Notes: generated from the letters alone by a model not told the origin. Positions 25,991-38,686 are shown, numbered from the whole stretch's first letter. The stretch: DNA of 63,863 bases, filler included, from Reclinomonas americana ATCC 50394 (GCA_048213135.1; 17 parts of 17 records of this genome joined end to end with filler, not necessarily neighbours in it); one strand, 5' to 3'. Made by a program: numbers and translations.

Positions 25991-26686
25991 CGGAAGATGG
26001 AGGGTGGGGTCCAGTCGGGCTGCGTGGAGGGGAAAGGGGTTAAGGGGGAAGGGGTTAAGGGGAGTGAGGGGGAAGGGGAGGCGAGGGGGGAGGGAGAGGG
26101 AGGGAGGGAGAGGGAGGGGGACAGCGACGGAAGGCTAAGACAACGCAGATCAGAACGAGGGCAAGGATTGTATGAGAGTGACAGGAGAAGGGGAGACACA
26201 CACAGAGAGAGAGAGAACGAGAGAGAGAGAGAGAGAGAGAGAAGGAGGAGAGAAAAGGAGAGAGCGAGAGTGAGAAAGAGACTGAGAGTCGGAGTCAACA
26301 CGCGAAATGAACAGCACGGTCGGCAGAGGATTGGTGTGTGCAGAGAGCGAGAAAGAGAGAATTTGAGTCGGAGACAAAGAACGGCAGAGTCACCAGTGGA
26401 CGGGCGTGCGCTCGCTGATCTAATCGTGCGTGCGCGAGATTGAGAGCGAGAAATAAGGATGAGTCGGAGACAACGCGCGAAATGCACGACACAGTCGGAT
26501 GTGAGACTCTCTCTCTCTCTCTCACTCTATGCAGCAGTGAGCGAGAGAGAGAGAGAAAGAGAGAAGAGAGAGAGAGAGAGAGTGAGTGTGTGTGAGGGAG
26601 AGACAACACAGAGAGAGACTGAGAGAGAGATGAGTCGGAGACAACGCGCGAAACGCATTGCACAATCGGAGGTGTGTGCGTGATGC

Positions 26687-26717
<31 letters not shown>

Positions 26718-26791
26718 CGAGAGAGAGACAACACAGAGAGAGATTGAGAGACAACGCACGAAACTCATTGCCCAGTCGGGTGTGTGTGCGT

Positions 26792-26852
<61 letters not shown>

Positions 26853-27553
26853 TGTGTGTGTAGTGTGTGTGTGTGTGACGTACGAGTAGAGAGAGAGAGA
26901 GTAGACGAGAGNNNNNNNNNNNNNNNNNNNNNNNNNNNNNNNNNNNNNNNNNNNNTTAATTAATTAANNNNNNNNNNNNNNNNNNNNNNNNNNNNNNNNN
27001 NNNNNNNNNNNCAAAGCAAAGCTGGGTCCGGGGCGTCGTCGTCGTCCGTGAAATATTACACGTCAATCTTGCGAATGCGCACCAGGGAGAGCAGAAGCTC
27101 GCGATTCTTCAGTCACGAACAAACGAGACTGACCACCGACGATGTCCTGGCCGAACTTGCAGCAGGGGCGACGCTCGCAGCCGAGGTGCTGCTGCTGCAT
27201 GTGACCGGCACCACCGATCCGCCGAATCGGTAACTGAGCGTCGTGGCGTTGACAACACCACTTCCGGTGACAGTCAGCGACAGCGACCTTTCCTTCAGAA
27301 TCCATGTGGCCGGCACCCGCAGGCTTGTACGACATCCAAGGCGAGCAGAGAACGTAAGTCACAGCTCGGTATGCTCTCTCTCCTTCACAACAACGCGCAT
27401 GTGTGCGAGGAGATTGACCAAGACACGCAAGTTTATCGAAGCATGACGATCTAAAAAAATTGTGGTCAAAAAAAAGTAGCACAACACACAGCACAAAGGG
27501 GCACCGGTAGCCAAAGCGCTCTCTCTATAGTACCCGAGCCAAACTGCGGCGGC

Positions 27554-29343
27554 TTACTGCGACGAGGCGTGGGCAATGTAGGCGACCACGTCGGCGCGAT
27601 CCTGCTCCTTCTTGAAGCCAGCAAAGTTCCTGCATGTGGTGGTGAGAAAGGGGAAGGGTGGGAGAGGAAGGGTGGGAGCATGGGGAAGACGCAACATGAT
27701 GGTGCCCGGAATGTACTTCTTCGGGTTCTCGAGGTACTCGAAGAGAGTCTCGGGGGACCACACGACACCTGTGGGGGAGGAGAGGAGAGGCAAGGGTGAG
27801 GGATGGAAGGGGAAGAAGGGGATGAGGGGGAAGGGAGGGAGGAACGGAAAGAGAAGGAGCATGGGAGGAGATGACGAACCGCGGCAAGGAGAGAATGAGA
27901 CGGTGACAGGGGAAGGCGAAGGGAAGAAGGAAAAGAGGGAAACGCAGCCCAGCGTCAAGAGAAGGAGCATGGGAGGAGATGACGAACCGTGGAAAGGAGA
28001 AAAGAAGGAGAATGAGACGGAGACGGGGGAAGCGAAGGGGAAGGCGAAGGGGGGAAGGTGAAGGCGAAGGGGAAGGCGAAGGGAAGGGGAAGGGGGAAGG
28101 CGAACGGAAGGGGGAAGCGAAAGGGGAAGCAAGGTAGAGAAGAGGAAGAAAGGAAGAAGCAAGGGGAAGCGAAGGGGGGAAGAGAAGGGGGACGGCGGAA
28201 GGAGAAGGGAAGGTAGCAACGCAAGCACACCAGAGATGAAAGACGAGTATAAGGAGACGGAGACAAAGAAGAACACGGGTGCAAGGAAGAGGCGCGAACG
28301 CGCATGCACCGTTGCCAACGCTGCAAATAGTTCTGCCGCAAGAGCACAGAAACAGAGAAACGAGCAGACTTATCTCACACGAGAGCCAAACGCCGCAAAG
28401 AGACGAAATCAGCGACAGGGCATCGAGCAAGAAAGAAAGAGAGAGAGAGAGACTGGTGCACACGCCAAGTCGTCTTACTTGCACCCAGAACCGCCAAAAC
28501 AGACAACAGAGATGAAGGAGATAAAGCCAAACGGGGGCTCAAATGCGAACGGACGACAAAATCATCTCACAACAACACAGACAGATAAAGGCGCAATTCA
28601 CACCCGCCACACTCAAACTCACCCCTGTTCTTGTTGGCAGCCGAGTCTGCATGAAAAAAAAAACAAAAACAAAACAAACCAAGTCAGCCAAACCAATGCA
28701 ACAAAAAACGCAATGAAAGCAACATGAAAACGCACAGAGAGAGTGAGAGAGAGAGGAAGTGAGAGGAAGTGAGAGAGGAAGTGTGCGTAAGTGCGCGAAA
28801 GTGAGTGAACCAAAGCGTCCGCGCGTTCACATTCCTCTTCTCTCTTCCTCGCTCTCTCTCTCACACACACATAAACATCACGAAACCCACAGCAAACCGC
28901 GACACAAAGCACACACGAGAAAAAAACGAGTGACATGGCCTCCGTGCACACATGGCCCACTTTTTTCTCTTCTCTTGCGTCACACACTCCAAAGAGAAAA
29001 GACGCAACACTTGAAGCCGGGCACAGTGCCAGAGGTGCGACCAATGAGACCGTGCAAGTTGGGACCAGTCTTGCTGGCACCACCCTGAAAAAAACAGATG
29101 ATAAAAGTGAGGCACTTTGGTCGCGGACGTGTAAAAAAGTGCACGCGCGTGCAACACTCACCGCCTCAATGGTGTGGCACTATTTTACATAATATACACG
29201 AGAAAGAGAGCAGAGAGAGAGTGTCAGTTGCTGTGGCACGCGCGCATGCATTTCCAGTGTTTTGTTTGTTTGTTGCTGACCTGAGTGCAGCGGCTCTTGA
29301 AGAGCTTCTCGCCCTTGGCAGCGTCTCCAGCTGGCATCGACAT
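27554..29343 (-). CDS. CYCS: Cytochrome c, 6 exons
   Basis: [109 protein letters not shown]. The CxxCH motif is split by intron 1. Confidence 0.95.
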
Positions 29344-29570
29344 GATGATGGTGAGATGAGATGTGGTGTTCTCGCGAGGTAACAACGATGGTAAAAGTGG
29401 GGATCGAATCTTGTGGGACGCATCCACGAGGGAGATGCGAACGCGACGCTCTCTGGCGCCGCCTTTATGTAACGAGTGCGCGCGCGCGTGTCATTACGTG
29501 TGATGTAGAGGTGCATGGTGAGCAGAACGCGCAGGAGCGACGAGAGAGTGGCAACAAAGCGAAGGGAAAC

Positions 29571-29821
29571 CGATGCGACGTTCAGTTTTCTCTTGACTTT
29601 TTTGCTTTGCAAGCAAGTGCAAGTGTCGAAGTGTGATAGAGGAATATGGTGGCCTGCAGGAGCGCTGCGGTGAGAGCGGGAACGAAGCCAAGGGAAATCG
29701 ATGCGACGTTCAGTTTTTTTCTGACTTTCTTTGCGTTTGCAAGCAAGCGCAAGTGTTGAAGTGTGATAGAGGAGTGCATATGTGGCCTGCAGGAGCGCTG
29801 CGGTGAGGGCGGGAATGAAGC
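29571..29821. repeat. Tandem duplication of ~125 nt in the divergent intergenic region
   Basis: cgatgcgacgttcagtttt...gtggcctgcaggagcgctgcggtgag occurs at 29571 and 29699. Confidence 0.85.
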
Positions 29822-29943
29822 GCGCGCAGGGAAATCGTGTCCCGCGTGCGTTTCTCACTTGCTATGCTGACAAGTGCGTGCGTGCTTGTCGTGGGATGCA
29901 TGCTGGTTGTCGTGTCTCATTGTCGATACGGCAGGCGTCCTTG

Positions 29944-30500
29944 TGAGTGACACTTCAACTTGCAGCCGTTCCTCTCACATTGACGCACATTGACGACCAA
30001 AGTGCGTGCGCTGCGTTCTCGTTGCTGCGTGCTCTGCCCTGGCTTCTCACCGTGAGTGGCTGCAGCCGGTCATTGCCGCACAGTGTGACGACCAAAGTGC
30101 GTGCGCTGGAGGCTCATTGCTGTGCTGCATTTCTCCTCACTACTGAGAAATCACAGCTGATCCTGGCCCTCGCGACCGAAGTGCGTTCTCGCTGCCTTAC
30201 TCTGCTCTCTTTCTCCTCACAATCGCAGCCTGTCTTGCACAGTCTGGCAGCCGAAGTGCGTGTGTTGGAGGCTCTTTGCTGCGTGTGCTGCATTTCTCCT
30301 CTCCTTCCGCACAGTCTGGCAATCAAAGTGCGGGTTGTATGCTCGTTGCCTCGCTCTGCTCACTTTCTCCTCACCGTTGAACAAACGCAGCCTGTCTTGC
30401 ACTGCCTGGCAATCAAAGTGCGTGCTTAATGCTCGTCGCTTCACTGTGCTGCTATTTCTCCTCACCGTCGAGCAATCACAGCCGATCTTTGACTCTTTGC
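29944..30500 (+). repeat. Six degenerate ~75-95-nt tandem units, each shaped like intron + micro-exon
   Basis: Unit: GTGCG...tttctcctc(ac)...CAG + 13-36 nt ending in (a/g)AA. Donor-like sites at 30002, 30097, 30181, 30256, 30328 and 30418. Confidence 0.7.
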
Positions 30501-30528
30501 CTCGCTTGCGTGACCTTGCCTCACCTCC

Positions 30529-31672
30529 ATGATTTCGAGAGTGAGTACCGCTGACTTCTGCTCTTCTCATCCTTGCACCCGCCTCACTCACTCACTCACT
30601 CACTCTGCGAGGGCGCCAGGTCATCCGCGGGCACAGTGAATTTCTCACGTGTGTCACCGTCACTCCCGATGGTCTCCACATTGTGAGCGGGAGTGCCGAC
30701 AGCACCATGCGAGTGTGGTCGCTGGCGAGTGGCGAGGAGGTGCGGCGAATCGATGGCGGCGGCGACGTCGTGCACCGTTGGATCATGTCGATCACTGTCA
30801 CTCCCGACGGACAGCACGTTGTGTGCGGGACGGGCGACAACACGGTGTGCATGTGGTCTCTGGCCAGTGGGCAAGAGGTGCGACGCTTTAGAGGGCACGC
30901 CAAAGTTGTGCACTCGGCTGTCGTCACCGCCGATGGTGCGCACATTGTCAGTGGAGGCGAAGACAACGCAGTGAGGGTGTGGTCGCTGGCGAGTGGCAAG
31001 GAAGTGCGACGGATTCGAGGGCACACCGATGTTGTGTATTCGGTCGTCGTCGCTCCCGACTGTCAGCGCATTGTGAGTGGCAGCGCGGACAGAACTGTGC
31101 GAGTGTGGTCGCTGGCGAGTGGCCAGGAGGTACGACGATTGGTGGGACACAGTCGTGCGGTGCGGTCTGTTGTTGTCACCGCCGACGGTCAGCACATTGT
31201 CAGTGGAGGCGAAGACGACACGCTGCGCCTGTGGTCCGCGGTGAGTGGGGAGGAAGTGCGCCAATTTGTGGGGCACACGGGTGTGGTGCGGTCCGTCGCT
31301 GTCACTCCCGATGGTCGCTTCCTCGTCAGTGTCGGTGGCGTGGGAGACAAGACTGTGCGAGTATGGTCACTGGCTGATGGAGAAGAGGTGCATCGCTTGA
31401 TGGGGCACACCGATGCGGTTTGGTCTGTGGCTCTCGCCCCCGATGGCCAGCACATTGTGAGTGGCAGTCGGGATAAAACGATACGAGTGTGGTCCACGCC
31501 GCGCGGACTGGCCGGGCAGGAGGTCGCTGCCGCGCGATCGGCGGTGCAGGCTGTCAACGAGCTGATGGACGGGGACGGTGATGGGCGGGACTGGATTCTT
31601 GTCGATGTCGTGCTGCGATGTTTTGTGCTGGAGGATGTAGAGGTGATTCAGCGCAATGCGAAAGGGTGGTGA
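30529..31672 (+). CDS. WD40 array gene 1 (7 WD40 + conserved C-terminal tail), intact
   Basis: Exon 1 MISR (30529-30540), intron to 30619, then VIRGHSEF... Seven repeats and the tail ...DWILVDVVLRCFVLEDVEVIQRNAKGW*. Confidence 0.9.
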
Positions 31673-32051
31673 ATGGACGTCAGAGAAGAGTACGTAATTG
31701 TGTGTCGGTGTCGGCAAGAGACATGTGGACGGATGAAGTGTTATTCTTTTGTTCTGCGATTGAGTTGTTTCCTTCTGCGCTTTTGTTTCTGTAGTATCGA
31801 TCCTTCTCGACTGTGCTCTTGTGGAACAATAGAGTGAACACTGGAAAATCTACCTGAAGACCTGTGCTTGTGTCGGACTTGGTCATCAAGAGCTGTTGCT
31901 CAGTGGATATCAGTTAACACTTCACGAACACGCTTCCCTGCACACGAATGCAGTGAGTGCAAGGCAGGCGACTTCCGAGCGATGAGACAATAAATAATAG
32001 CTGTGTCCTGTCTCACTCGATCACACGTACACACACACTCACGCCGAGAGA

Positions 32052-33162
32052 ATGACGACCAAGGTCAACGCACCTCTCCTAGGCCTGCAGTTGTCGTTTG
32101 TACGCTCACTACGATCACCGCGCAGGTCTTGAGTGGACAGCGGATTCCGTGCTGTGTGCCACCGTCACACCCGACGGACAACACGTGGTGAGTGGGAGTG
32201 CCGACAACACGGTGCGAGTGTGGTCACTGGCGAGTCGCAAGGAGGTGAGGCAGTGGAAGGGACACGCCTCGGCGGTGTTTTCTGTCGCCGTGACTCCCGA
32301 CGGTCAGTACATTGTCAGTGGCAGTGATGACAGCGTTGTGTGCGTGCGGTCGTTGTTGGAACCGGGAAATTATGCGCGACAGTTGAGAGGTCACACCGGG
32401 TGGATCATGTCTGTCGCTATTACTCGCGATGGGCGGCGCATCGTCAGCGGCGGCGATGACACAGTTCGAGTGTGGTTACTGCCGAGCGGGAATGCATATC
32501 AGCTTTGCAGGAGGAGCATGTGGGGTGTGTTGTGTGTCGCCGTTTCTCCCAGTGGTCAGCACATTGTGAGTGGGGGCAATGACGGAACTGCGCGAATGTG
32601 GTCCGTGGCGACGAGAGAAGTAGTGCGCCAGTTCGACGGGTACACCAGCCCGATGCTGTCTGCCGCCGTCGCTCCCGATGGCCAGCACATGGCGACTGGG
32701 AGTGACGACAGGATAGTGAGAGTGTGGTCCCTTGTGAGTGGGGAGGAAGTACGACGACTCATCGGACACACTGACTTGGTGAACTCTGTGGCGTTCACTC
32801 CCGACGGGCTGCACGTGGTGAGCGCGAGCAACGACAACACGGTGCGTGTGTGGTCCATGGCTGACGGCGAAGAGGTGCGACGACTGGAGGGTAACACGAA
32901 CTGGGTGAACTCTGTCGCTGTGACTCCCGATGGCCAGCACATTGTCAGCAGCGGCGTCGACTGCACTGTCCGAGTGTGGTCCACGTCGCGAGGTCTGGCC
33001 CGGCAGGAGGTCACTGACGCACGACTGGCCGTGCTCGCCGTCGACGAGCTGCTTGCCGAGGATGGTGATGATGAGCACGACTGGGTTCTGGTCGATGTGG
33101 TGCTGCGGTGCTTCGTGCTCGAGGATGCGGAGGTGATTGAACGACGTGCGGAAGGGTGGTGA
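32052..33162 (+). pseudogene. WD40 array gene 2, 1-nt deletion at the start of exon 2 (pseudogene or sequencing error)
   Basis: Exon 1 MTTK. Exon 2 from 32126 reads gga ca gcg gat (expected gga cac gcg), out of frame with the 7-repeat ORF ending 33162. Confidence 0.75.
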
Positions 33163-33497
33163 ACGGCGACGAAGGATCGGTTCGAGTGGCAACTTCCTCA
33201 GCGACTGGACGGGCGCGGTAGCTCTCTCGTGTCCTTGGTTGCGCTTTCACGCAGACACAAGAATCTCGTATCCTACTCGTGGAATTGGTCATCAAGAGCT
33301 GTTGCGCTTATCATAAAGGACTGATTCGCTGTCTACTACGTCTCAGCAAGCACTCCATGCACGCCTCCACTTGTGCAGCCTTGAAGCGAGTGCAAGGCAG
33401 ACAACTTCCGAGCAACGAGACAATCGCGATATCGCTGCGTCCTGACTCACTCTCTCTCTCTCACGAGCAAGCACACACACACTCACACGCCGAGAGA

Positions 33498-34605
33498 ATG
33501 GCAACGAAAGTACGCACTCCTCGCCTGATGTTGACAGTTGTTTCGCGTGCTCACAATTACCAACGCACAGGTCTTGCTGGGCCACGATCTCCAAGTGCTG
33601 AGTGTCGCTGTCACCCCCAATGGCCAGCTCATAGTGAGTGGAAGCGCCGATGCGACACTGCGTGTGTGGTCACTGGCGAGTGGAGAGGAGGTGCGGCGGT
33701 TGAAGGGACACATAGGCGCAGTGATGTCTGTCGCCGTGACTGCCGACGGCACGCGCATTGTCAGCGGTGGAGATGACACGACAGTGCGTGTGTGGTTACT
33801 GGAGAGTGGAGAGGAGGTGCGTCGGCTGCAGGGGCACACTGCTCCGGTACCGTCTGTCGCCATCTCCCCCGACGGCGCGCACATTGTCAGTGGAAGTGTG
33901 GATTTCACTATGCGCGTGTGGTCCACGGCGAGTGGAGAGACGGTGAAGCAACTGAAGGGACACACTCACGTGGTGCAGAGCGTCGCCGTTACTCCCGATG
34001 GGCAGCGCATTGTCAGCGGCAGTTCGGATGGCACAGTCCGAGTGTGGTCTCTGGCAAGTGGAGCTGCAGAGCGACGGCTGGACGGACCCAGGTGGGGAGT
34101 GTTTTCCGTTGCCGTCACTCCCGATGGTCAGCACGTTGTCAGCGGGAGCCAAGATAAAACTGTGCGCATGTGGTCGATGGAGAGTGGCGAGGAGGTGCGC
34201 CGGTTTGAGGGACACACTGATTGGGTGAACTCTGTGACGGTCACTCCCGACGGGCGGCATGTGGTGAGTGGCAGTTGGGACAAGACGGTGCGTGTGTGGT
34301 TGTTGGCGAGTGGCACAGAGGTGCGACGGTTGGAGGGACACTCGGGAACCGCGCGGTCTGTCACCCACACCCTCGATGGCCATCACATTGTGAGTGGCGG
34401 CTGGGACAAGACGATCCGAGTGTGGTCCTCGCCGCGCGGGTTGGCCGGGCAGGAGGTCGCAGCCGCAAGAGTGGCCGTGCTGGTCGTCAACGAGCTGCTT
34501 GCGGAGGATGGTGACGAGCGCGACTGGTTCCTGGTCGATGTCGTGTTGCGGTGTTTTGTGCTGGAGGATGCGGAGGTGATTGAGCAGCGTGCAGAAGGGT
34601 GGTGA
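33498..34605 (+). CDS. WD40 array gene 3, intact
   Basis: Exon 1 MATK (33498-33509), exon 2 from 33571 in frame. Seven repeats and the tail ending EQRAEGW*. Confidence 0.92.
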
Positions 34606-35003
34606 ATGGCGGTGGCCATGGCCGCGGTTCATTTTCTTTTCCGCAAGTTCAACCGTGCAACTCTGCGAACTCGGGTCGTGCACCACAGACAACGAATCAC
34701 TGCATTCACCACATTCCAGTACAATGCGTTGAATGTTCCCTTGCCCATGATGACCTTCGCACATCAACAATATAAAGGCACACAGTTACGTACTCTTCTC
34801 CAGCAGGCATCTTCCCTTTCGGGAGGTGAAGTGCGTTGGCGCGCCCCAGAAAGATATCGACTTCGTGGCGAACGCCATGGCCAGGGCTTGTCGATTTTCT
34901 CACTGTTTCCGCTCGCTGCGATAGTTGATGAGTTGCGACCTGCTGCGTCGACGTCCTGCAAATTATTCTCCGTTTCTTCCGAGTGCGCTCACGCGAGAAC
35001 TGC

Positions 35004-36126
35004 ATGGCGGACAAGGAGGTTTCGTGTGCGCGTACAAGCACGTTAGTTGCCACCCTCCTTGCAGCCTGTGAGTCTCACTTGTGCACACAGATTCTGAATG
35101 GCCACACCGACCACGTCTTGTGTGTCGCACTCACTCCCGACGGTCACCATGTCGTGAGTGGGAGCAAGGACAACACCATGCGAGTGTGGTCACTGGCGAG
35201 TGGCGAGGAGGTGCGACGCTTGCAGGGGCACACCTCGCAAGTGTTTTCTGTTGCCGTCACTCCCGATGGCCAGCACGTGGCCAGCGGGAGCTGGGACAAC
35301 ACAGTTCGCGTATGGTCACTGGCCAGTGGCGAGGAGGTGCGACGACTGGCGAGGCACTTCATGGGCGTGCTGTGTGTCGCCGTCACCCCAGATGGCGAGC
35401 ACGTTGTCAGCGGCGGCAACGACTGGGCCTTCCGAGTGTGGTCACTGGCGAGCGGTAGCGAAGTGCGACTGTTGAAAGGACACAACGGACCGGTGATGTC
35501 TGCGGTTGTCACCTCCGATGGTCAGCATGCTGTGAGTGGCTGCATGGACACGGCCGTGCGAGTGTGGTCACTGGCGAGCGGTGAGGAGGTGCGACGACTG
35601 GAGGGGGCACACTGGCGCGGTGCACTCTGTCGCCGTCACCCCCGATAGCCAGTTCATCGTGAGCGGGAGTCGCGACGCCACCGTGCGCGTGTGGTCGCTG
35701 GCGAGTGGCGAGGAGGTGCGGCGAATGGACGGGCACACTGAGAGCGTGCAGTCTGTCGCCATCACTCCCGATGGCCAACACGTTGTCAGTGGGAGTGGCG
35801 ACCAAACTGTGCGTGTGTGGTCTCTGGCTGACGGGAAAGAGCTGCGACGGCTGGAGGGACACACCGATTGGGTGACCGCTGTTGTCGTGACTCTCGGCGG
35901 CCGACGCATTGTGAGCGGCAGCAGGGACGGCACGGTGCGCATGTGGCCCTCGCCTCGCGTGCTTGCCGGGTATGAGCTGGCGGCCGCCCGATCGGCCGTG
36001 CGCGCCGTCAACGAGCTGCTGCCCGTGGACGGCGACGATCGCAACTGGGTGCTGGTCGATGTCGCGCTGCGGTGTTCCGTGCAGGAGGATGCAGAGGTGA
36101 TTGAGCGCAGGGCGGAAGGGTGGTGA
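35004..36126 (+). pseudogene. WD40 array gene 4, +1 frameshift in a G5 run
   Basis: Exon 1 MADKE, exon 2 from 35091. gagggggcac at 35601-35610 shifts the frame between repeats 4 and 5; the gene is otherwise intact. Confidence 0.75.
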
Positions 36127-36543
36127 ATGGACGTCAGAGAAGAGTAATTGTGTGCCGTTGTCGGCAAGAGACATGTTGACGGATGAAGTGTTGTTCTTTT
36201 GTTCTGCGACTGGGTTGTTTCCTTCTGCGCTTTTGTTTCTGTAGTATCGATCCTTCTCGACTGTGCTCTTGTGGAACAACAGAGTGAACACTGCAAAATC
36301 TACCTGAAGATTTGTGCTTGTATCGGACTTGGTCATCAAGAGCTGTTGTATATGAGTTAACACTTCACGAACACGCTTCCCTGCACACGAATGTAGTGAG
36401 TGCAAGGCAGGCGACTTCCGAGCGATGAGACAATAGTTAATTANNNNNNNNNNNNNNNNNNNNNNNNNNNNNNNNNNNNNNNNNNNNTTAATTAATTAAN
36501 NNNNNNNNNNNNNNNNNNNNNNNNNNNNNNNNNNNNNNNNNNN

Positions 36544-36764
36544 GCATTGTGAGCGGCAGCAGGGACGGCACGGTGCGCATGTGGCCCTCGCCTCGCGGGC
36601 TGGCCGGGCAAGAGCTCGCCGCCGCTCGATCAGCCGTGCAGGCCATCAATGAATTGTTGGCTGAGGATGATGACGAGCGCGACTGGATCCTTGTCGATGT
36701 GGTGATGCGATGTTTTGTGCTTGAGGATGCGGGGGTGATTGAGCGGCGTGCAGAAGGGTGGTGA
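36544..36764 (+). CDS. WD40 array gene 5 (3' end only; remainder in the gap)
   Basis: IVSGSRDGTVRMWPSPRGLAGQELAAARSAV...DWILVDVVMRCFVLEDAGVIERRAEGW*. Confidence 0.8.
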
Positions 36765-37112
36765 ACGGCGACGAAGGATCGGTTCGAGTGGCAACTTCCT
36801 CAGCGACTGGACGGGTGCGGTAGCTCTCCTGTGTCTATTGTTGTGCTTTTCTTTTCGTGCGTGCTTCACGGAGACACATGAATCCCGTAACATATGGACT
36901 TGGTCATCAAGAGCTGTTGCGCTTATCATAAAGGGCTGATTCGCTGTCCAATACATCGCAGCAAGCACTCCATGCACGCCTCTACTTGTGCAGCCTTGAA
37001 GCGAGTGCAAGGCAGACAACTTCCGAGCAACGAGACAATCGCGATATCGCTGCGTCCTGACTCACTCTCTCTCTCTCACGAGCAAGCACACACACACTCA
37101 CACGCCGAGAGA

Positions 37113-38220
37113 ATGGCAACGAAAGTACGCACTCCTCGCCTGATGTTGACAGTTGTTTCGCGTGCTCACAATTACCAACGCACAGGTCTTGCTGGGCCAC
37201 GATCTCCAAGTGCTGAGTGTCGCTGTCACCCCCAATGGCCAGCTCATAGTGAGTGGAAGCGCCGATGCGACACTGCGTGTGTGGTCACTTGCGAGTGGAG
37301 AGGAGGTGCGGCGGTTGAAGGGACACATAGGAGCAGTGATGTCTGTCGCCGTGACTCCAGACGGCACGCGCATTGTCAGCGGTGGAGATGACACGACAGT
37401 GCGTGTGTGGTTACTGGAGAGTGGAGAGGAGGTGCGTCGGCTGCAGGGGCACACTGCGCCGGTGCCATCTGTCGCCATCTCCCCCGACGGCGCGCACATT
37501 GTCAGTGGAAGTGTGGATTTCACTATGCACGTGTGGTCCACGGCGAGTGGAGAGACGGTGAAGCAACTGAAGGGACACACTCACGTGGTGCAGAGCGTCG
37601 CCGTTACTCCTGATGGACAGCGCATTGTCAGCGGCAGTTCGGATGGCACAGTCCGAGTGTGGTCTCTGGCAAGTGGAGCTGCAGAGCGACGGCTGGACGG
37701 ACCCAGGTGGGGAGTGTTTTCCGTTGCCGTCACTCCGGATGGTCTTCACGTCGTGAGCGGGAGCCAAGATAAAACTGTGCGCATGTGGTCGATGGAGAGT
37801 GGCGAGGAGGTGCGCCGGTTTGAGGGACACACTGATTGGGTGAACTCTGTGACGGTCACTCCCGACGGGCGGCATGTGGTGAGTGGCAGTTGGGACAAGA
37901 CGGTGCGTGTGTGGTTGTTGGCGAGTGGCACAGAGGTGCGACGGTTGGAGGGACACTCGGGAACCGCGCGGTCTGTCACCCACACCCTCGATGGCCATCA
38001 CATTGTGAGCAGCGGCTGGGACAAGACGATCCGGGTGTGGTCCTCGCCTCGCGGGCTGGCCGGGCAGGAGGTCGCAGCCGCAAGAGTGGCCGTGCTGGTC
38101 GTCAACGAGCTGCTTGCGGAGGATGGTGACGAGCGCGACTGGATCCTGGTCGATGTCGTGTTGCGGTGTTTTGTGCTGGAGGATGCGGAGGTGATTGAGC
38201 AGCGTGCAGAAGGGTGGTGA
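37113..38220 (+). CDS. WD40 array gene 6, intact; near-identical duplicate of gene 3
   Basis: Offset 3615 nt from gene 3. Only a few amino-acid differences (A/P, R/H, Q/L, G/S, F/I). Confidence 0.92.
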
Positions 38221-38513
38221 ATGGCGGTGGCCATGGCCGCGGTTCGTTTTCTTTCCGCAAGTACAACCGTGCAACTCGGAGAGTTCGGATGGCGCATCAC
38301 AGACAACGAAACACTTCTTTCACCACATTCCAATAATATTAATGTGATGAACGCTCACGAATCCTTTGCCGACAATGACCAGTTACTCTTCTCCAGCAGG
38401 CATCTTCCCTTTCGGGAGGTGAAGTGCGCTGGCGCGCCCCAGAAGGATTTCGTGGCGAACGCCATTAGGCTTCTCGATTTTTCTCACTGTCTCCGCGATG
38501 TCTCAGCTTCTGG

Positions 38514-38686
38514 TGTGCTTGCCGGGTATGAGCTGGCGGCCGCCCGATCGGCCGTACTCGCCGTCAACGAGCTGCTTGCCGCGGATGGCGACGATTGCAA
38601 CTGGGTGCTGGTCGATGTCGCGCTGCGGTGTTCCGTGCAGGAGGATGCACAGGTGATTGAGCGCAGCGCAGAGCGGAAGGGTGGTA
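38514..38686 (+). pseudogene. WD40 array remnant 7: C-terminal tail only (gene-4-like copy with the propeller deleted)
   Basis: VLAGYELAAARSAVLAVNELL...NWVLVDVALRCSVQEDA matches the gene 4 tail. The flanks match the gene 4 upstream and downstream spacers. Confidence 0.8.

Noticed and set aside
30592..38333. Long antisense ORFs over the WD40 genes
   Set aside because: Shadow frames of GC-rich repetitive coding sequence with no independent motifs.
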